Origin: Alphaproteobacteria bacterium
GTDB lineage: Bacteria > Pseudomonadota > Alphaproteobacteria > SHVV01
NCBI GenBank assembly: GCA_965261735.1
Contig: OZ253470.1
Location: 1,728,001-1,792,000 of the forward strand
Direction of reading: 5' to 3'
DNA: 64,000 nt
The stretch's first letter is position 1; every line of letters begins with the position of its first letter. Both the position numbers and the translations under genes were made by a program. The notes under the pieces were generated by a model. It was not told the DNA's origin, did not search any database, and saw nothing but the letters and a program-made list of their open reading frames with translations. Below, in pieces: positions 1-13,091 of this stretch.

Positions 1-2
1 TC

Positions 3-713
3 GTCGAGGAAATCCTGTACCCGGCGATGGAGGACTTCCAGCTCGACCTCATCATCGGCGAAGGGCCAGCGGCGCGCTCGGTGCGCATCGACCTTCCGCG
101 CTTCACCCTGATCGGCGCGACCACGCGCTCGGGCCTGCTGACGACGCCGCTCCGCGACCGCTTCGGCATACCGGCGCGGCTCGATTTCTACGAGCCCGAC
201 GATCTCCAGACGATCGTCTCGCGCGCCGCCACCGTGCTCGACGTCGCGCTTACCGCCGCCGGCGCCGCCGAGATCGCGCGCCGTGCGCGCGGCTCGCCCC
301 GGGTCGCCGGGCGCCTGCTGCGGCGCGTGCGCGACTACGCGGCGGTCGCCGGCCTGGCCACCATCGATGCGGCTGAGGCCGACGGCGCGCTCGACCGCCT
401 CGAGGTCGACGGCCGTGGACTCGATGCCATGGACAGGCGCTATCTCATCCTCATCGCCGAGGCCTATGGCGGCGGACCGGTCGGCATCGACACGCTGTCG
501 GCGGCACTGTCGGAGCCGCGCGACGCCATCGAGGACATCATCGAGCCGTTCCTCATACAGCGCGGGCTGGTGCAGCGAACGCCGCGTGGCCGCCTGCTTA
601 CGGCCGGCGCGTTCGAGCATCTCGGCGTTGCCATGCCGCCCGCAGCGACGCGCCAGTTCGAGCTTTTGGCGAGCGCAGGGGCCGGGCGCGCCACGCCCGA
701 GACAGCGGACTGA
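3..713 (+). CDS. ruvB: Holliday junction DNA helicase RuvB (5' end outside window)
   Basis: Open frame from window edge: [12 protein letters not shown]...[18 protein letters not shown]...IEPFLIQ.G...RTPRGR. Confidence 0.97.
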   Translation, partial: VEEILYPAMEDFQLDLIIGEGPAARSVRIDLPRFTLIGATTRSGLLTTPLRDRFGIPARLDFYEPDDLQTIVSRAATVLDVALTAAGAAEIARRARGSPRVAGRLLRRVRDYAAVAGLATIDAAEADGALDRLEVDGRGLDAMDRRYLILIAEAYGGGPVGIDTLSAALSEPRDAIEDIIEPFLIQRGLVQRTPRGRLLTAGAFEHLGVAMPPAATRQFELLASAGAGRATPETAD

Positions 714-775
714 CATGACGACGCGACGCGAGAGGCGTATCGCCAGGATCATCGTGATTACCAAGGGAGGGGTCC

Positions 776-1986
<1,211 letters not shown>

Positions 1987-1990
1987 GCCC

Positions 1991-2881
1991 GTGCGCGACG
2001 CGGTGACCATATCGGCTGCGCTGCACGTCGTCGTCCTGACCGTCTCGTACTTCGGCCTGCCCGCCCTGTTCGATGCCGGGCCGCCGGCCGACGTCATCAT
2101 TCCCGTCGAGGTCGTGACGATCGCCGCCGAGACGACCCCGGTGCCCGTCGAGCCGCCGGCCGAGAAGAAGCCGGAGGTGCCGCCGCCCGTGGCCAAGCCC
2201 GAGCCGGCCCCGCCGGAGAAGAAACAACCCCCACCGGAGCCCGCGGCCGCACCGCCCGAGCCGGTGCCCGAACCGGAGACGGTGGTCGCCGCGTTGCCGC
2301 CGGAGTCCGAGGCCAAGCCGGAGCCGCCACCCAAGCCTGCAGCCAAGCCGCAACCGCCCAAGCGCCGGCCGGCGCTGCGCCGGCCGCCCAAGCCGCTGCC
2401 CAAGCCGGCCAAGCCGGAATCGTTCGATTCCGCCCGCATCAGTGCGCTTATCGACAAGAGCCGGGAGCGCAAGCCGCAGGTGCTGAAACCGCCGCCAACG
2501 GCCGCGGCGCCGGCACCCACGGCCGCCGCCGTCGCCCCGCCGAGCCCGATCGAGACCGCCCTCACGGTCAGCGAAAAAGACTTCATCCGCCTCAAGTTTC
2601 GCGACTGCTGGAGTATTCCGAGCGGCGCCAAGGACTTCGAGGGGATGGAGGTCACCGTCCGCATCTACCTCAACCGCGACGGATCGCTTAGCGACGAGCC
2701 GAAAGTCGTCGACCAGGCCGAGCGCCGCCGCGCCGCCGCCGACGTTTTTTACCGCGTCTTCGTTGAAAGCGCCGTGCGGGCCGTGCGCAAATGCGATCCA
2801 CTAGAAATGCCACCACGGATGAGCTATGAAAAATGGCGCGAAATAGAGTTCACCTTCTCGCCCCGGGACATGCTGGGCTGA
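1991..2881 (+). CDS. tolA: TolA / TonB-like cell envelope integrity protein
   Basis: N-terminal TM with S-x3-H, Pro/Lys/Glu-rich linker, C-terminal CW.IP...SA.RAV..C.P domain; lies between tolR and tolB; GTG start chosen. Confidence 0.88.
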   Translation: MRDAVTISAALHVVVLTVSYFGLPALFDAGPPADVIIPVEVVTIAAETTPVPVEPPAEKKPEVPPPVAKPEPAPPEKKQPPPEPAAAPPEPVPEPETVVAALPPESEAKPEPPPKPAAKPQPPKRRPALRRPPKPLPKPAKPESFDSARISALIDKSRERKPQVLKPPPTAAAPAPTAAAVAPPSPIETALTVSEKDFIRLKFRDCWSIPSGAKDFEGMEVTVRIYLNRDGSLSDEPKVVDQAERRRAAADVFYRVFVESAVRAVRKCDPLEMPPRMSYEKWREIEFTFSPRDMLG

Positions 2882-4230
2882 TGCGCGCCGTACTTCTCAT
2901 GAAGCGATCGCGCGCGCGTGCGGCCGTGGCCGCGATCGTCCTCCTTGTCGCGAGCCTCGCTGCCGGCTCCGCACATGCCGTGCTCAAGATCGACATCACG
3001 AGCGGCAACGTCGATCCGCTACCCGTCGCGGTGACTGATTTTCTCGGCGAGGACGCGCGCGCCGCGCGCACGGGCGCCGACATCGCCCGAGTCATAAGCG
3101 CCAACCTCGAGCGCTCGGGCCTGTTTCACCCGATCGATCCCGGCGCGTTCATCCAGAGCCCGGAGGCGATGCGCGTGCAGCCGCGTTTCGGTGACTGGCG
3201 TATCATCGACGCCCAGGCCCTGGTCACCGGTCGGGTCGAGCTCGCCGACGACGGCCAGCTGCGGGTCGAATTCCGCTTGTGGGACGTGTTCGCCGAGCAG
3301 CAGATGACGGGCTTTCGCTACGCCACCACGCCCGAGAACTGGCGCCGCATCGCCCACATCGTCTCCGATTCCATCTACAAGCGGCTGACCGGCGAGGACG
3401 GTTATTTCGACTCGCGGATCGTTTATGTCGCTGAGACCGGGCCGCAGACGCGGCGCATCAAGCGCCTCGCCATCATGGACCAGGACGGCGAGCATCACCG
3501 CTTCCTGACCGATGGCCGACACCTGGTCCTGACCCCGCGATTCTCGCCGACGCGCCAGGAGATCACTTACCTGTCCTACTTCAACGACCGGCCCCGGGTG
3601 TACATCCTCGATATCGACAGTGGTCAGCAGGAGGTGCTCGGCGACTTCCCGGGCATGACGTTCGCCCCGCGCTTCTCGCCCGATGGTGAGCGCGTCATCA
3701 TGAGCCTGGCCGAGGAGGGCAACTCGGACATCTTCACGATGGACGTGCGCACGCAGCTGATCGAGCGGCTGACCAACCATCCCGCGATCGACACCTCGCC
3801 CTCCTATGCGCCCGACGGCAGCAGTGTCGTGTTCAACTCCGATCGCGGCGGCAGCCAGCAGCTCTACGTGATGGATGCAGACGGCCGCAGCATCCGGCGC
3901 ATAAGCTTTGGTGATGGTCGGTACGCGACCCCGGTGTGGTCGCCCCGCGGCGATCTCATAGCCTTCACCAAGATGCGGCGGGGGCGGTTCTTCATAGGTG
4001 TCATGCGTCCCGACGGCAGCGGCGAGCGGCTGCTCACCGAGAGCTTTCTCGATGAGGGACCGACCTGGGCGCCCAACGGTCGTGTCCTGATGTTCTTCCG
4101 GCAAACGCCGACCACCTCCGCGAGTGGCTCGGTGCGCCTGTACTCGATCGATCTCACCGGCTACAACGAGCGTCCGCAGATCACGCCGACGGACGCCTCG
4201 GACCCGGCGTGGTCGCCTTTGTCCCCTTGA
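2881..4230 (+). CDS. tolB: Tol-Pal beta-propeller protein TolB
   Basis: Signal peptide, PD40 repeats (PRFSP, PSYAPDG, PVWSP, PTWAP, PAWSP). Confidence 0.96.
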   Translation: MRAVLLMKRSRARAAVAAIVLLVASLAAGSAHAVLKIDITSGNVDPLPVAVTDFLGEDARAARTGADIARVISANLERSGLFHPIDPGAFIQSPEAMRVQPRFGDWRIIDAQALVTGRVELADDGQLRVEFRLWDVFAEQQMTGFRYATTPENWRRIAHIVSDSIYKRLTGEDGYFDSRIVYVAETGPQTRRIKRLAIMDQDGEHHRFLTDGRHLVLTPRFSPTRQEITYLSYFNDRPRVYILDIDSGQQEVLGDFPGMTFAPRFSPDGERVIMSLAEEGNSDIFTMDVRTQLIERLTNHPAIDTSPSYAPDGSSVVFNSDRGGSQQLYVMDADGRSIRRISFGDGRYATPVWSPRGDLIAFTKMRRGRFFIGVMRPDGSGERLLTESFLDEGPTWAPNGRVLMFFRQTPTTSASGSVRLYSIDLTGYNERPQITPTDASDPAWSPLSP

Positions 4231-4392
4231 TTCAACGAGTTCGCCGCTCTATAGTCGCTCGGGGTCCAAATCAGATAGAGTGCGCGCTAGAGCAATTCGT
4301 TGTGGCCAGCAACTGCGCGGTAATCGTGCGCCACTTTTCCTTTCGTTATTTCGATCATCATTACTCGCTTTCCTTTGAACGGAGAATCTTCG

Positions 4393-4929
4393 ATGCGCCT
4401 TAGGTTATTCTCCTCGTTTGCCGCCCTCCTGCTTTTAGCCGCGTGCGAAACGGCAGGCACGGGAGAGGGCGAAGCCGGCGGCTCCGGCGAAGGGACCACC
4501 ACGACCACGACGCCAGTGGCTTCGCAGCCCGCGCCCGCGCAGGCGACGCAGCCAGCGCCAGCGGGTCCGACGCCGGGTAGTGCCGAGCACCTGGTGGCCG
4601 AGGTGGGCGATCGCGTGTTCTTCGATTTCGACAAGTATGACCTCAAGCCCGGTGCCCGCGACACGCTGCGCGAGCAGGCGAACTGGCTGAAGCAGTTCCC
4701 TTCCGTGACCGTGACCATCGAGGGCCATTGCGACGAACGCGGGACGCGCGAGTACAACTTGGCGTTGGGCGAGCGGCGCGCCGCCTCCGTCAAGGACTAC
4801 CTCGCCGGCCTCGGCATTTCCACGAGCCGCATCGCCACCATCTCCTACGGCAAGGAGCGGCCCGAGGCAGAGGGCCATATCGAATCTGCGTGGTCGCAGA
4901 ACCGTCGCGGAGTGATGGTCGTCAACTAG
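4393..4929 (+). CDS. pal: Peptidoglycan-associated lipoprotein Pal
   Basis: Lipobox LLLAAC; IEGHCDERGTREYNLALGERRA; SYGKERP. Confidence 0.97.
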   Translation: MRLRLFSSFAALLLLAACETAGTGEGEAGGSGEGTTTTTTPVASQPAPAQATQPAPAGPTPGSAEHLVAEVGDRVFFDFDKYDLKPGARDTLREQANWLKQFPSVTVTIEGHCDERGTREYNLALGERRAASVKDYLAGLGISTSRIATISYGKERPEAEGHIESAWSQNRRGVMVVN

Positions 4930-5073
4930 GCGGTCCGGGCTGGGTTGCGGCTGAGGTCGCGCCAGGCGCTGCCGGCGCCGGCCCGTGTTCTTAATCTCGC
5001 CAAATTGTGCGTGCATACTCGGCGCCGGACGCCCCAGGAGTCGTCTGCGCGAAACCGGCAGGAGAGACACGCC

Positions 5074-6021
5074 ATGAGATGGCGGCACGTGCTCGGACTC
5101 GCGGCGGTGGTCGGACTGGCGGCCATAGCCGGACCCGATAGGAGCGCAGCCCAGAGCAACGAGGTGCGCGCGCTCATCCTTCAGGTCGAACAACTCCGGC
5201 GCCAGCTCAACGATTTGCAGCGCGAATACTATCGCCGCCCGTCGACAGGCACAGCGGCAGCCACCAGTGGACCGGGTGCGGGCGCGGCACCTCCCGCGGT
5301 GGCCGAAAACCTGCTGGAGCGGCAGGAGAAGCTGCGCGCCAACTTCGAGAGCCGCGTCGGTCACCTGACGGGGATGGTGGAAAAGCTGGTCTTCGACATG
5401 GCTCAGATAAAAAAGAGGCTCGACAAGCTGGTGAGCGACGCCGATTTCAGACTCGGCGAGATCGAACAATCGGTCAGCGCTTTACACCAAAGCCTCGCCG
5501 GTGGGTCGGTCATCGCAGGTGCCGTGGAGGATGCGCCGGCGGCGTCGGCCTCGGGGCAGGCCGTGTCTGCGGCCGGCGCACCGACCACGGTCGCTGCGGC
5601 GACGCCCCCCGCGCCGACCGGCGTGCTGCCCGAAGGCACGGTGCAAGAGCGCTTCGACCACGCGTTCTCGCTCATCCGCCAGCTCGACTTCGAGGCCGCC
5701 GAACGGGCGTTCAAGGAGTTTCTCGAAACCCACCCCGACCATGAGCTGGCCGGCAATGGCCACTTCTGGCTCGGCAGGACCTACTTTGTGCGCCGCAGCT
5801 ACCCCGATGCCGCGGCCGCCTTCCTCGATGGCTACAACAAGGCGCCCGCGGGCCAGAAGGCGGCCGACAATCTGCTCAATCTCGGCATGGCGCTGAGGCA
5901 GATGGGACAGAACGAGGAGGCGTGCACGACCTTCGCGGAGCTCATCGAGAAGTTCGACGAGGCGCCGGCGCGGATCAAGTCGCGCGCCGAGAGCGAGGGT
6001 CAACAAGCCGGATGCACCTGA
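5074..6021 (+). CDS. cpoB: Tol-Pal protein CpoB/YbgF
   Basis: Signal peptide, coiled coil, C-terminal TPRs (LAGNGHFWLG, KAADNLLNLG, EACTTF); follows pal. Confidence 0.9.
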   Translation: MRWRHVLGLAAVVGLAAIAGPDRSAAQSNEVRALILQVEQLRRQLNDLQREYYRRPSTGTAAATSGPGAGAAPPAVAENLLERQEKLRANFESRVGHLTGMVEKLVFDMAQIKKRLDKLVSDADFRLGEIEQSVSALHQSLAGGSVIAGAVEDAPAASASGQAVSAAGAPTTVAAATPPAPTGVLPEGTVQERFDHAFSLIRQLDFEAAERAFKEFLETHPDHELAGNGHFWLGRTYFVRRSYPDAAAAFLDGYNKAPAGQKAADNLLNLGMALRQMGQNEEACTTFAELIEKFDEAPARIKSRAESEGQQAGCT

Positions 6022-7380
6022 GTGGCCGCGCGCGAGCCCGCCGCAGCCCCTCCACTGACGCCCGAGGCGTTCGCCGCCCTCATCGCCCCGTTGGGGCCCT
6101 TCACCCAGGCCCACATCGCCGTCGCCACGTCGGGCGGGCCCGATAGCCTCGCGCTGTGCCGCCTCGCGCACGCCTGGGCCCGCGCCCAGGGGCACCGCAT
6201 CACGGCGCTGACCGTCGATCACGGACTGCAGCCAGGGAGCACACGGGAGGCGCGCCAAACCGGCCGTTGGCTGAGCTCGCACGGCATCGCGCACCACGTC
6301 CTGCGCTGGCGCGGAGCCAAGCCGGAACACGGCATCCAGGCTGCAGCGCGCGACGCCCGCTACCGCCTCCTCCTCGACTGGTGCCGCGCCCACGGCGCGG
6401 TCCACCTCCTGCTCGGCCACCAACGAGAAGACCAGGCCGAGACCGTGCTGATGCGGCTCGCACAGGGTAGCGGCGGTGACGGGCTCGCGGCCATGGCTCG
6501 CGTCAGCGAGCGCGCTGGCGTGCGCCTTCTGCGGCCCTGCCTCGGTGTGCCCCGGGCACGCCTCGTCGCGACACTGGTAGCGCTCGGGCAGCAGTGGCTC
6601 GATGATCCTTCCAACGTCGATATCGCCCACGCACGGGTTCGTATGCGGCGCGCGATGGCAACGCTACGGGCCGCCGGGATTACGGCGCCGCGGCTGGCCG
6701 CCGCCGCGCGCCGCGCAGGCGGGGCTCGCGCCGAACTCGAAGAGGCGACGTGCGCACTGCTCGGCCGCGCGGCCGCGCTGTATCCGTCCGGTTATTGCCT
6801 TCTCGATCCGGCCGGCTTCGCCGCCGCCCCGGCGGCCATCGCCCGGCGCGCGCTCGCGCGAATCCTCATGTGCGTCGGCGGCGCCCCCTATCCGCCGCGC
6901 GGGCACCGGCTCGAGCGCCTCTTCGCGGCGCTCCGCGGCGGCAGCCTGGGCGGTGGGCGGACGCTGCTCGGCTGCCGCGTCGTCCCCATCCGCGGGGCGC
7001 TCCTGTTTTGTCGCGAGGCGCGGTCGACCGCCCGAACGATCGCCATCGCGCCGGGCGAGGAGGTGTTGTGGGACGGCCGCTTCGTCGTTCGAGCGCGCGC
7101 TAGCGGCGCCGTCGCGGCGCCCGCTCGCCCCATCCTCATCGTTCGCACCCTGGGGCGCGAGGGTTGGGCCGAGATCGCAGGCGCCGCGACGGGGGCGCGA
7201 TCGTTACTCGTACCGGCGCCGGCGCGCGCGACCCTGCCGGCGTTGTGGCGCGGCCGTCGCGTCGCGGCGGTCCCGCCGCTCGACTACCGGGCCGAGGACC
7301 TGCTCGGCGATTACGGGGCGATCAGCGCTCATTTCAGGCCGGCGCAGGCCCTGGGACCGGCGCCGTTTTCGGTTGTTTGA
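6022..7380 (+). CDS. tilS: tRNA(Ile)-lysidine synthase
   Basis: SGGPDS PP-loop, TVDHGL, ARDARY, H..EDQAET, DDPSN. Confidence 0.96.
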   Translation: MAAREPAAAPPLTPEAFAALIAPLGPFTQAHIAVATSGGPDSLALCRLAHAWARAQGHRITALTVDHGLQPGSTREARQTGRWLSSHGIAHHVLRWRGAKPEHGIQAAARDARYRLLLDWCRAHGAVHLLLGHQREDQAETVLMRLAQGSGGDGLAAMARVSERAGVRLLRPCLGVPRARLVATLVALGQQWLDDPSNVDIAHARVRMRRAMATLRAAGITAPRLAAAARRAGGARAELEEATCALLGRAAALYPSGYCLLDPAGFAAAPAAIARRALARILMCVGGAPYPPRGHRLERLFAALRGGSLGGGRTLLGCRVVPIRGALLFCREARSTARTIAIAPGEEVLWDGRFVVRARASGAVAAPARPILIVRTLGREGWAEIAGAATGARSLLVPAPARATLPALWRGRRVAAVPPLDYRAEDLLGDYGAISAHFRPAQALGPAPFSVV

Positions 7381-7398
7381 AGGCCGCGACATCCCATT

Positions 7399-7436
7399 TA
7401 ATGTCTACGGTCGCCACTAATGTCTACGGTCGCCAC
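7399..7436. repeat. Perfect 2 x 19-bp tandem duplication TAATGTCTACGGTCGCCAC upstream of ftsH
   Basis: Copies at 7399-7417 and 7418-7436 read directly. Confidence 0.95.
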
Positions 7437-7521
7437 GATAGATTACGTGGGTCCGCGGTTTCTGGTGTAACCTAGGGATTGGGAGGTGCGCCGCGTGCGC
7501 CCCCGAGAAGAGGCTGGAGGT

Positions 7522-9444
7522 TTGAACAACTTCGGAAAAAATCTGGCGCTGTGGGTCATTGTTGTCCTGCTGCTGATCGCGCTGTTCAACCTGTTCCAGA
7601 GTTCCAACGGGCGCGGGCCCGTGCCGAATCTCGCGTTTACGGACTTCCTGGCCGAGGTCGAGCAGGGCGAGATCCACGACGTCACGATCAAGGGCAACGC
7701 CATCTCCGGCCACTACAACGACGGCCGCCCGTTCACGAGCTACGCACCCAATGATCCCAATCTGGTGCAGCGGCTGACGCAGCGCGGCGTCAGCATCAGC
7801 GCGGCGCCGGTCGACGACAACGTCCCCTCGCTGTTCGGCATCCTCGTGTCCTGGTTCCCGATGCTGCTGCTGATTGGGGTATGGATCTTCTTCATGCGCC
7901 AGATGCAGTCGGGCGGCAGCAAGGCCATGGGCTTCGGCAAGTCCAAGGCGCGCCTGCTCACCGAGCGCCAGGGCCGGGTCACCTTCGACGACGTAGCCGG
8001 CATCGACGAGGCCAAGGAGGAACTCGAGGAGATCGTCGAGTTCCTCAAAGACCCGGCCAAGTTCCAGCGCCTCGGCGGCAGGATCCCCAAGGGCGCCCTG
8101 CTCATCGGGCCGCCCGGCTCGGGCAAGACTTTGCTCGCGCGCGCCATCGCCGGCGAGGCCAACGTTCCCTTTTTCACCATCTCGGGCTCGGACTTCGTCG
8201 AGATGTTCGTGGGCGTGGGCGCGAGCCGCGTACGCGACATGTTCGATCAGGCCAAGAAGAACGCCCCGTGCATCGTTTTCATCGACGAGATCGACGCCGT
8301 CGGGCGTCACCGCGGCGCCGGGCTCGGCGGCGGCAACGACGAGCGCGAGCAGACCTTGAACCAGCTCCTCGTCGAAATGGACGGCTTCGAGACCAACGAA
8401 GGCGTGATCCTCGTGGCCGCCACCAACCGGCCGGACGTGCTCGACCCGGCCCTGCTCAGACCCGGCCGGTTCGACCGCCAGGTGGTGGTATCGAACCCCG
8501 ACATTCTCGGGCGCGAGAAGATTCTCAAGGTGCACATGCGCAAGGTGCCGCTCGGGCCCGACGTCGAACCCCGCGTCATCGCCCGCGGCACGCCCGGCTT
8601 TTCAGGGGCCGACCTCGCCAACCTCGTGAACGAGGCGGCACTGCTGGCGGCGCGCAAGGGCAAGCGCCTCGTCACCATGTCCGAGTTCGAGGAGTCCAAG
8701 GACAAGGTGATGATGGGGGCCGAGCGCCGCTCGCTCGTCATGACGGACGAGGAAAAGCGCCTCACCGCCTACCACGAAGCCGGCCACACGTTGGTCGCGG
8801 TCCACGTGCCGGGCCACGATCCGTTGCACAAGGTGACGATCATTCCACGCGGCCGCGCCCTCGGCCTGACCATGGCGCTGCCCGAGAAGGACCGCTACGG
8901 CTTCTCCAAGCACGAGCTCATCGCCAAGCTCACTATGATGTTCGGCGGCCGCGTCGCCGAGGAGATCATCTTCGGCGCCGAACACGTCACCACGGGCGGC
9001 GCCGACGACATCCGCCAGGCTACGGGGCTCGCCCGGCGCATGGTGACCGAGTGGGGCATGAGCGAAAAGCTCGGGCCCCTGCGCTACAACGAGAACGAGG
9101 AGGAGGTCTTCCTCGGCCACTCGGTCACCCAGCGCAAAAACGTTTCCGACGCGACGGCGAAGACGATCGACGACGAGGTGCGCCGCTTCATCGACGAAGC
9201 CGAGGAGCGGGCCCGCGCGATCCTGACCGAGCACCTCGACGAGCTGCACACGCTGGCCTCTGGGTTACTCGAATACGAAACCCTCAACGGCGACGAGATT
9301 CGGGCGGTACTGCGGGGCGAGCCGATCAGCAAGCATGAAGACCAGCCGGCACCGGAGGACCGCGGTGAGCACTCGTCGGTGCCTTCGAGCGGAGGCAAGA
9401 ACTCGCCCGGCGACCTCAGTCCGGAACCGCAGCCCGGTTCCTGA
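7522..9444 (+). CDS. ftsH: ATP-dependent zinc metalloprotease FtsH
   Basis: Two TMs, Walker [29 protein letters not shown]; TTG start after GGAGG. Confidence 0.98.
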   Translation: MNNFGKNLALWVIVVLLLIALFNLFQSSNGRGPVPNLAFTDFLAEVEQGEIHDVTIKGNAISGHYNDGRPFTSYAPNDPNLVQRLTQRGVSISAAPVDDNVPSLFGILVSWFPMLLLIGVWIFFMRQMQSGGSKAMGFGKSKARLLTERQGRVTFDDVAGIDEAKEELEEIVEFLKDPAKFQRLGGRIPKGALLIGPPGSGKTLLARAIAGEANVPFFTISGSDFVEMFVGVGASRVRDMFDQAKKNAPCIVFIDEIDAVGRHRGAGLGGGNDEREQTLNQLLVEMDGFETNEGVILVAATNRPDVLDPALLRPGRFDRQVVVSNPDILGREKILKVHMRKVPLGPDVEPRVIARGTPGFSGADLANLVNEAALLAARKGKRLVTMSEFEESKDKVMMGAERRSLVMTDEEKRLTAYHEAGHTLVAVHVPGHDPLHKVTIIPRGRALGLTMALPEKDRYGFSKHELIAKLTMMFGGRVAEEIIFGAEHVTTGGADDIRQATGLARRMVTEWGMSEKLGPLRYNENEEEVFLGHSVTQRKNVSDATAKTIDDEVRRFIDEAEERARAILTEHLDELHTLASGLLEYETLNGDEIRAVLRGEPISKHEDQPAPEDRGEHSSVPSSGGKNSPGDLSPEPQPGS

Positions 9445-9459
9445 CCCCTCGCCCGGAAA

Positions 9460-10599
9460 GTGAGCGGCACGGCACCGCGCGCCTCGTTGCCGCCGCGCCT
9501 GCCGGCGGCCGCGCGCCTCTATCTCGAGCCCGTCGGTATACAGCCGGCCGATGATGTCGCGGAGGACATCGAGCGCGGCGAGGCGATGCGGCTCGCGGGT
9601 GGCCCGCTTGCGTTCGCCGATGTCGCGCTGACGGCGCGGCTACCCGACGGCGGCCTCGCTCGGGCGCGCGCATCGCTCGCCGCTTTGCGCGGCTGGGCGG
9701 CAGGCCAGCCGGAAACGGTGGCGGCGCGCGCCCATGCTCTTCTCGATAATCTAAGTACGCCGCGCGCGACCATCGCGGGGCTCGCATTTTCGCGCCCCCT
9801 CGTCATGGGCGTCATCAACGTCACGCCCGACAGCTTCGCCGATGGCGGCCTTCATTTCGAGCCCGCTGCCGCCATCCGCCACGGGCACCGCCTCATCGAG
9901 GAGGGTGCCGATATCCTCGATATCGGCGGCGAATCGACGCGCCCGGGAGCCGAGCCCGCCGGCGAAGCCGAGGAGCGGCGCCGGGTGCTGCCCGTGGTCG
10001 CCGGGCTCGCGGGATCGGCCGTGCCGCTCTCCATCGATACCCGGCGCGCGCGCATCATGGTGGCCGCCCTGGAAACGGGCGCGCGCATCATCAACGATAT
10101 CAGCGCCCTCACCTTCGATCCGGGGAGCCTGGAGGTTGCCGCCACGAGCGGTGCGCCCGTCATTCTCATGCACAGCCAGGGCGATCCCAAGACGATGCAG
10201 CAGGCGCCGTCCTATGACGACGCGGCGCTCGATGTCTTTGACTACCTCGCCGCGCGGGTGGCGACTTGTACGACCGCCGGCGTGCCGCGCGACCGGCTCA
10301 TCGTCGATCCCGGCATCGGCTTCGGTAAGACCGTGAGCCATAACGTCGAGATCCTGCGCGGGCTCAGCCTGTACCACGGGATCGGTACGCCGCTGCTGGT
10401 GGGCGTCTCGCGCAAGAGCTTTATCGCACGCCTGAGTCGCGGCGAGCCCGAAGGCGCGCGCCTGCCGGGTTCGCTGGCGGCGGCATTGGCGGCGGTCTCG
10501 GCTGGCGCGCAGATCGTGCGCGTCCACGACGTTGGCGAAACCCGGCAGGCGCTCGCGGTCGCGCGCGCTCTCGCCCACGGGCCGGCGGCGCCGCCCTAG
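9460..10599 (+). CDS. folP: Dihydropteroate synthase
   Basis: MGVINVTPDSF.DGG, IGGESTRPGA, DPGIGFGK, GVSRKSFI, RVHDV. Confidence 0.96.
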   Translation: MSGTAPRASLPPRLPAAARLYLEPVGIQPADDVAEDIERGEAMRLAGGPLAFADVALTARLPDGGLARARASLAALRGWAAGQPETVAARAHALLDNLSTPRATIAGLAFSRPLVMGVINVTPDSFADGGLHFEPAAAIRHGHRLIEEGADILDIGGESTRPGAEPAGEAEERRRVLPVVAGLAGSAVPLSIDTRRARIMVAALETGARIINDISALTFDPGSLEVAATSGAPVILMHSQGDPKTMQQAPSYDDAALDVFDYLAARVATCTTAGVPRDRLIVDPGIGFGKTVSHNVEILRGLSLYHGIGTPLLVGVSRKSFIARLSRGEPEGARLPGSLAAALAAVSAGAQIVRVHDVGETRQALAVARALAHGPAAPP

Positions 10600-10610
10600 A
10601 TAAAACGGAA

Positions 10611-11636
10611 CCTGCTTATCCCTGAAAGTCATCCGGCGATGAGGAGGCGATAGGGCATGGGCTGGTTTCGTGCGGCGCTATGGACGAAACGCGGGATCAT
10701 TGTCTGGAGTTGATAGCGCCGGTTGTAGCGCCAGGCGAAGCTGGCGAGATAGCGTCCGGCATGGTCGGGGCCGAGCTTGCGATAAGTCCCGGTGATCGCG
10801 CTCTTGATGTTGCCGAGCGTCGTGTTCACCCATTTGAACGATGCCATGCGGGCCGCCTGGCGGCCCGACCCGGTGCGGATCGCCTGGTGGCTGCAGGCGG
10901 CTTCTTCGAGTGCGCTCCAGCAGCCCAGGCGGTCCGTCACAACCGCCGCGCCGGGGGCCAGCCAGTGCTTGGCGCCGCGCGCGATCTCGCGCTTGCGGAA
11001 GCCCTTGACCGGCGCCAGCTTCAGCTTGCGCGGGCGCCCCTCGGGACTGGTCGAGACCGCCGCCACGAAGGGCGTTTTGCCCGCCGCGCCGCGGCCCCGC
11101 TTGCCGCCGGAGCGCACCCCGCCGAGATAGGCGTCGTCCATCTCGACCCGCCCCGTAAGCGCCGTCTCCCCCTCGCGCCGCGCCATCACCGCCATGATCT
11201 TGTGCTTCACGGCCCAGGCCGTCGGCTGCTTGACCCCGAGACGGCGGCCGAGTTCCACCGACGAGATGCCGTTCTTCGCCGTCACGATCAGGTGGATGGC
11301 GGCAAACCAGACTGTCAGCGGCAGCTTGGTCGCGTGGAAGATCGTGCCCGCCGTGGGCGATGTCTGCTTCTTGCACCGGTTGCATTGATAGAGACCCCGA
11401 CCCGCCAACACGCAATGCTCCCGATGGCCGCAGCAGGGGCAGACGAAGCCGCCCGGCCAGCGCAGCCGGACCAGCGCCGCGCGGCACTGCTCCTTGGTGC
11501 CGAAGGCCTCCCGAAACGCCTCGTCGTTCAGACCACGCACGCGCGATGCAACCTTGAACCCCATAACCGTGACCCCCTCATACAGAACATATTGAGAACA
11601 TACATCCCCATAGGCGGAGTGTCACGGATAAGCAGG
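10611..11636 (-). mobile_element. IS1595-family element (type 1), complete
   Basis: IRs CCTGCTTATCC(C/G)TGA; 8-bp TSD AAACGGAA at 10603-10610 and 11637-11644. Confidence 0.93.
10629..11564 (-). CDS. IS1595-family transposase
   Basis: Zn ribbon CPCC...CNRC, VEMDDAY, VVTD, Y...F.WRYNRR. Confidence 0.93.
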   Translation of the reverse strand: MGFKVASRVRGLNDEAFREAFGTKEQCRAALVRLRWPGGFVCPCCGHREHCVLAGRGLYQCNRCKKQTSPTAGTIFHATKLPLTVWFAAIHLIVTAKNGISSVELGRRLGVKQPTAWAVKHKIMAVMARREGETALTGRVEMDDAYLGGVRSGGKRGRGAAGKTPFVAAVSTSPEGRPRKLKLAPVKGFRKREIARGAKHWLAPGAAVVTDRLGCWSALEEAACSHQAIRTGSGRQAARMASFKWVNTTLGNIKSAITGTYRKLGPDHAGRYLASFAWRYNRRYQLQTMIPRFVHSAARNQPMPYRLLIAG

Positions 11637-11722
11637 AAACGGAATAATCCTGCGACAGCGGCCACACAGGCGTTGCGATTCACGGTACTTTTAGGGTCTT
11701 GAAGCACACTGGGGGCAAAGGG

Positions 11723-13087
11723 GTGGCCAACACTCGGATCTATTTCGGCACCGATGGTATTCGTGGGCTAGCCAACAGCGAACCCATGACCGCGGAGACG
11801 GCGCTCAAGGTCGGCGTCGCCGCGGGCAGCCAGTTTACCCGAGGCGCACACCGCCACCGCGTGGTCATTGGAAAGGACACGAGGCTTTCCGGCTATCTGC
11901 TCGAGCCGGCACTGACCGCCGGGTTCATTTCGGTCGGTATGGATGTGATCCTGGTCGGTCCGATGCCGACGCCCGGCGTCGCCATGTTGACGCGCAGCCT
12001 GCGCGCCGATCTTGGGGTCATGATCTCGGCCTCGCACAATCCTTATGAGGACAATGGAATCAAGCTCTTCGGGCCCGACGGTTACAAGTTGTCCGACGAC
12101 GTCGAAGTGGCCATCGAGGCGCGCATGCGCGGCGATGTGCACACGCGCGCCACGCCGGGGAAGCTGGGGCGGGCGCAGCGGCTCGATGACGCGGTCGGTC
12201 GCTATATCGAGTTCGCCAAGAACACCTTTCCGCGTGGCCAGACCCTCGAAGACCTCAAGATCGTGGTCGATTGCGCCAACGGTGCGGCCTACCGGTTCGC
12301 TCCCCCCGTACTGTGGGAGCTCGGGGCCACCGTCATCGCCCTCGGCGACGAGCCCGACGGCTTCAACATCAACAAGGATTGCGGCTCGCTGACGCCGCAG
12401 GCCATGCAGAGAATGGTGCTCGAGCAGGGGGCCGACGTCGGAATCGCGCTCGATGGCGATGCCGACCGCCTCGTCATGGCTGACGAACACGGCGAGCTGA
12501 TGGATGGAGACCAGCTGATGGCGCTGGTCGCGGCGTACTGGCAGCGCTCGGAGCGTCTTCGCGGCGGTGGCATCGTCGCGACGGTGATGTCGAACCTGGG
12601 GCTCGAGCGCTATCTCGCCGGCCTCGGCCTCGATCTCGCGCGAACGCCGGTCGGGGACCGCTACGTGGTCGACTACATGCGGGGCCACGGCTACAACGTG
12701 GGCGGCGAACAATCGGGCCACATTATCCTCAGCGACTTCGCCACGACGGGCGACGGCCTGATTGCCGCGCTGCAGATACTCGCCGTGATCGCCGCCGCGG
12801 GACGTCCGGTGAGCGAAGTCGGCCGCGTGTTCGAGCCGCTGCCGCAAACCCTGCGCAGCGTCCGTATCGGCAACGGGGGCCCCGGCGCGGCCAAGCCGCT
12901 GCACAAGGCGAGCGTGAAAAAGGCCGTGCGCGAGGGCGAGAGCCGACTCGGCGATCACGGGCGCGTCCTGGTGCGCGAATCGGGCACCGAGCTGGTCATT
13001 CGCGTCATGGCCGAGGGCGAGGACGCGGCCCTCGTCGCTGATGTGGTGGCCGACATCGTCGGCGCGCTCGAGCAGGCCGCCGGATGA
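11723..13087 (+). CDS. glmM: Phosphoglucosamine mutase
   Basis: [29 protein letters not shown]. Confidence 0.97.
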   Translation: MANTRIYFGTDGIRGLANSEPMTAETALKVGVAAGSQFTRGAHRHRVVIGKDTRLSGYLLEPALTAGFISVGMDVILVGPMPTPGVAMLTRSLRADLGVMISASHNPYEDNGIKLFGPDGYKLSDDVEVAIEARMRGDVHTRATPGKLGRAQRLDDAVGRYIEFAKNTFPRGQTLEDLKIVVDCANGAAYRFAPPVLWELGATVIALGDEPDGFNINKDCGSLTPQAMQRMVLEQGADVGIALDGDADRLVMADEHGELMDGDQLMALVAAYWQRSERLRGGGIVATVMSNLGLERYLAGLGLDLARTPVGDRYVVDYMRGHGYNVGGEQSGHIILSDFATTGDGLIAALQILAVIAAAGRPVSEVGRVFEPLPQTLRSVRIGNGGPGAAKPLHKASVKKAVREGESRLGDHGRVLVRESGTELVIRVMAEGEDAALVADVVADIVGALEQAAG

Positions 13088-13091
13088 GGTC

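Noticed and set aside
9460-9770. About 100-aa N-terminal extension on FolP
   Set aside because: Similar extensions are, to my knowledge, common in alphaproteobacterial FolP.
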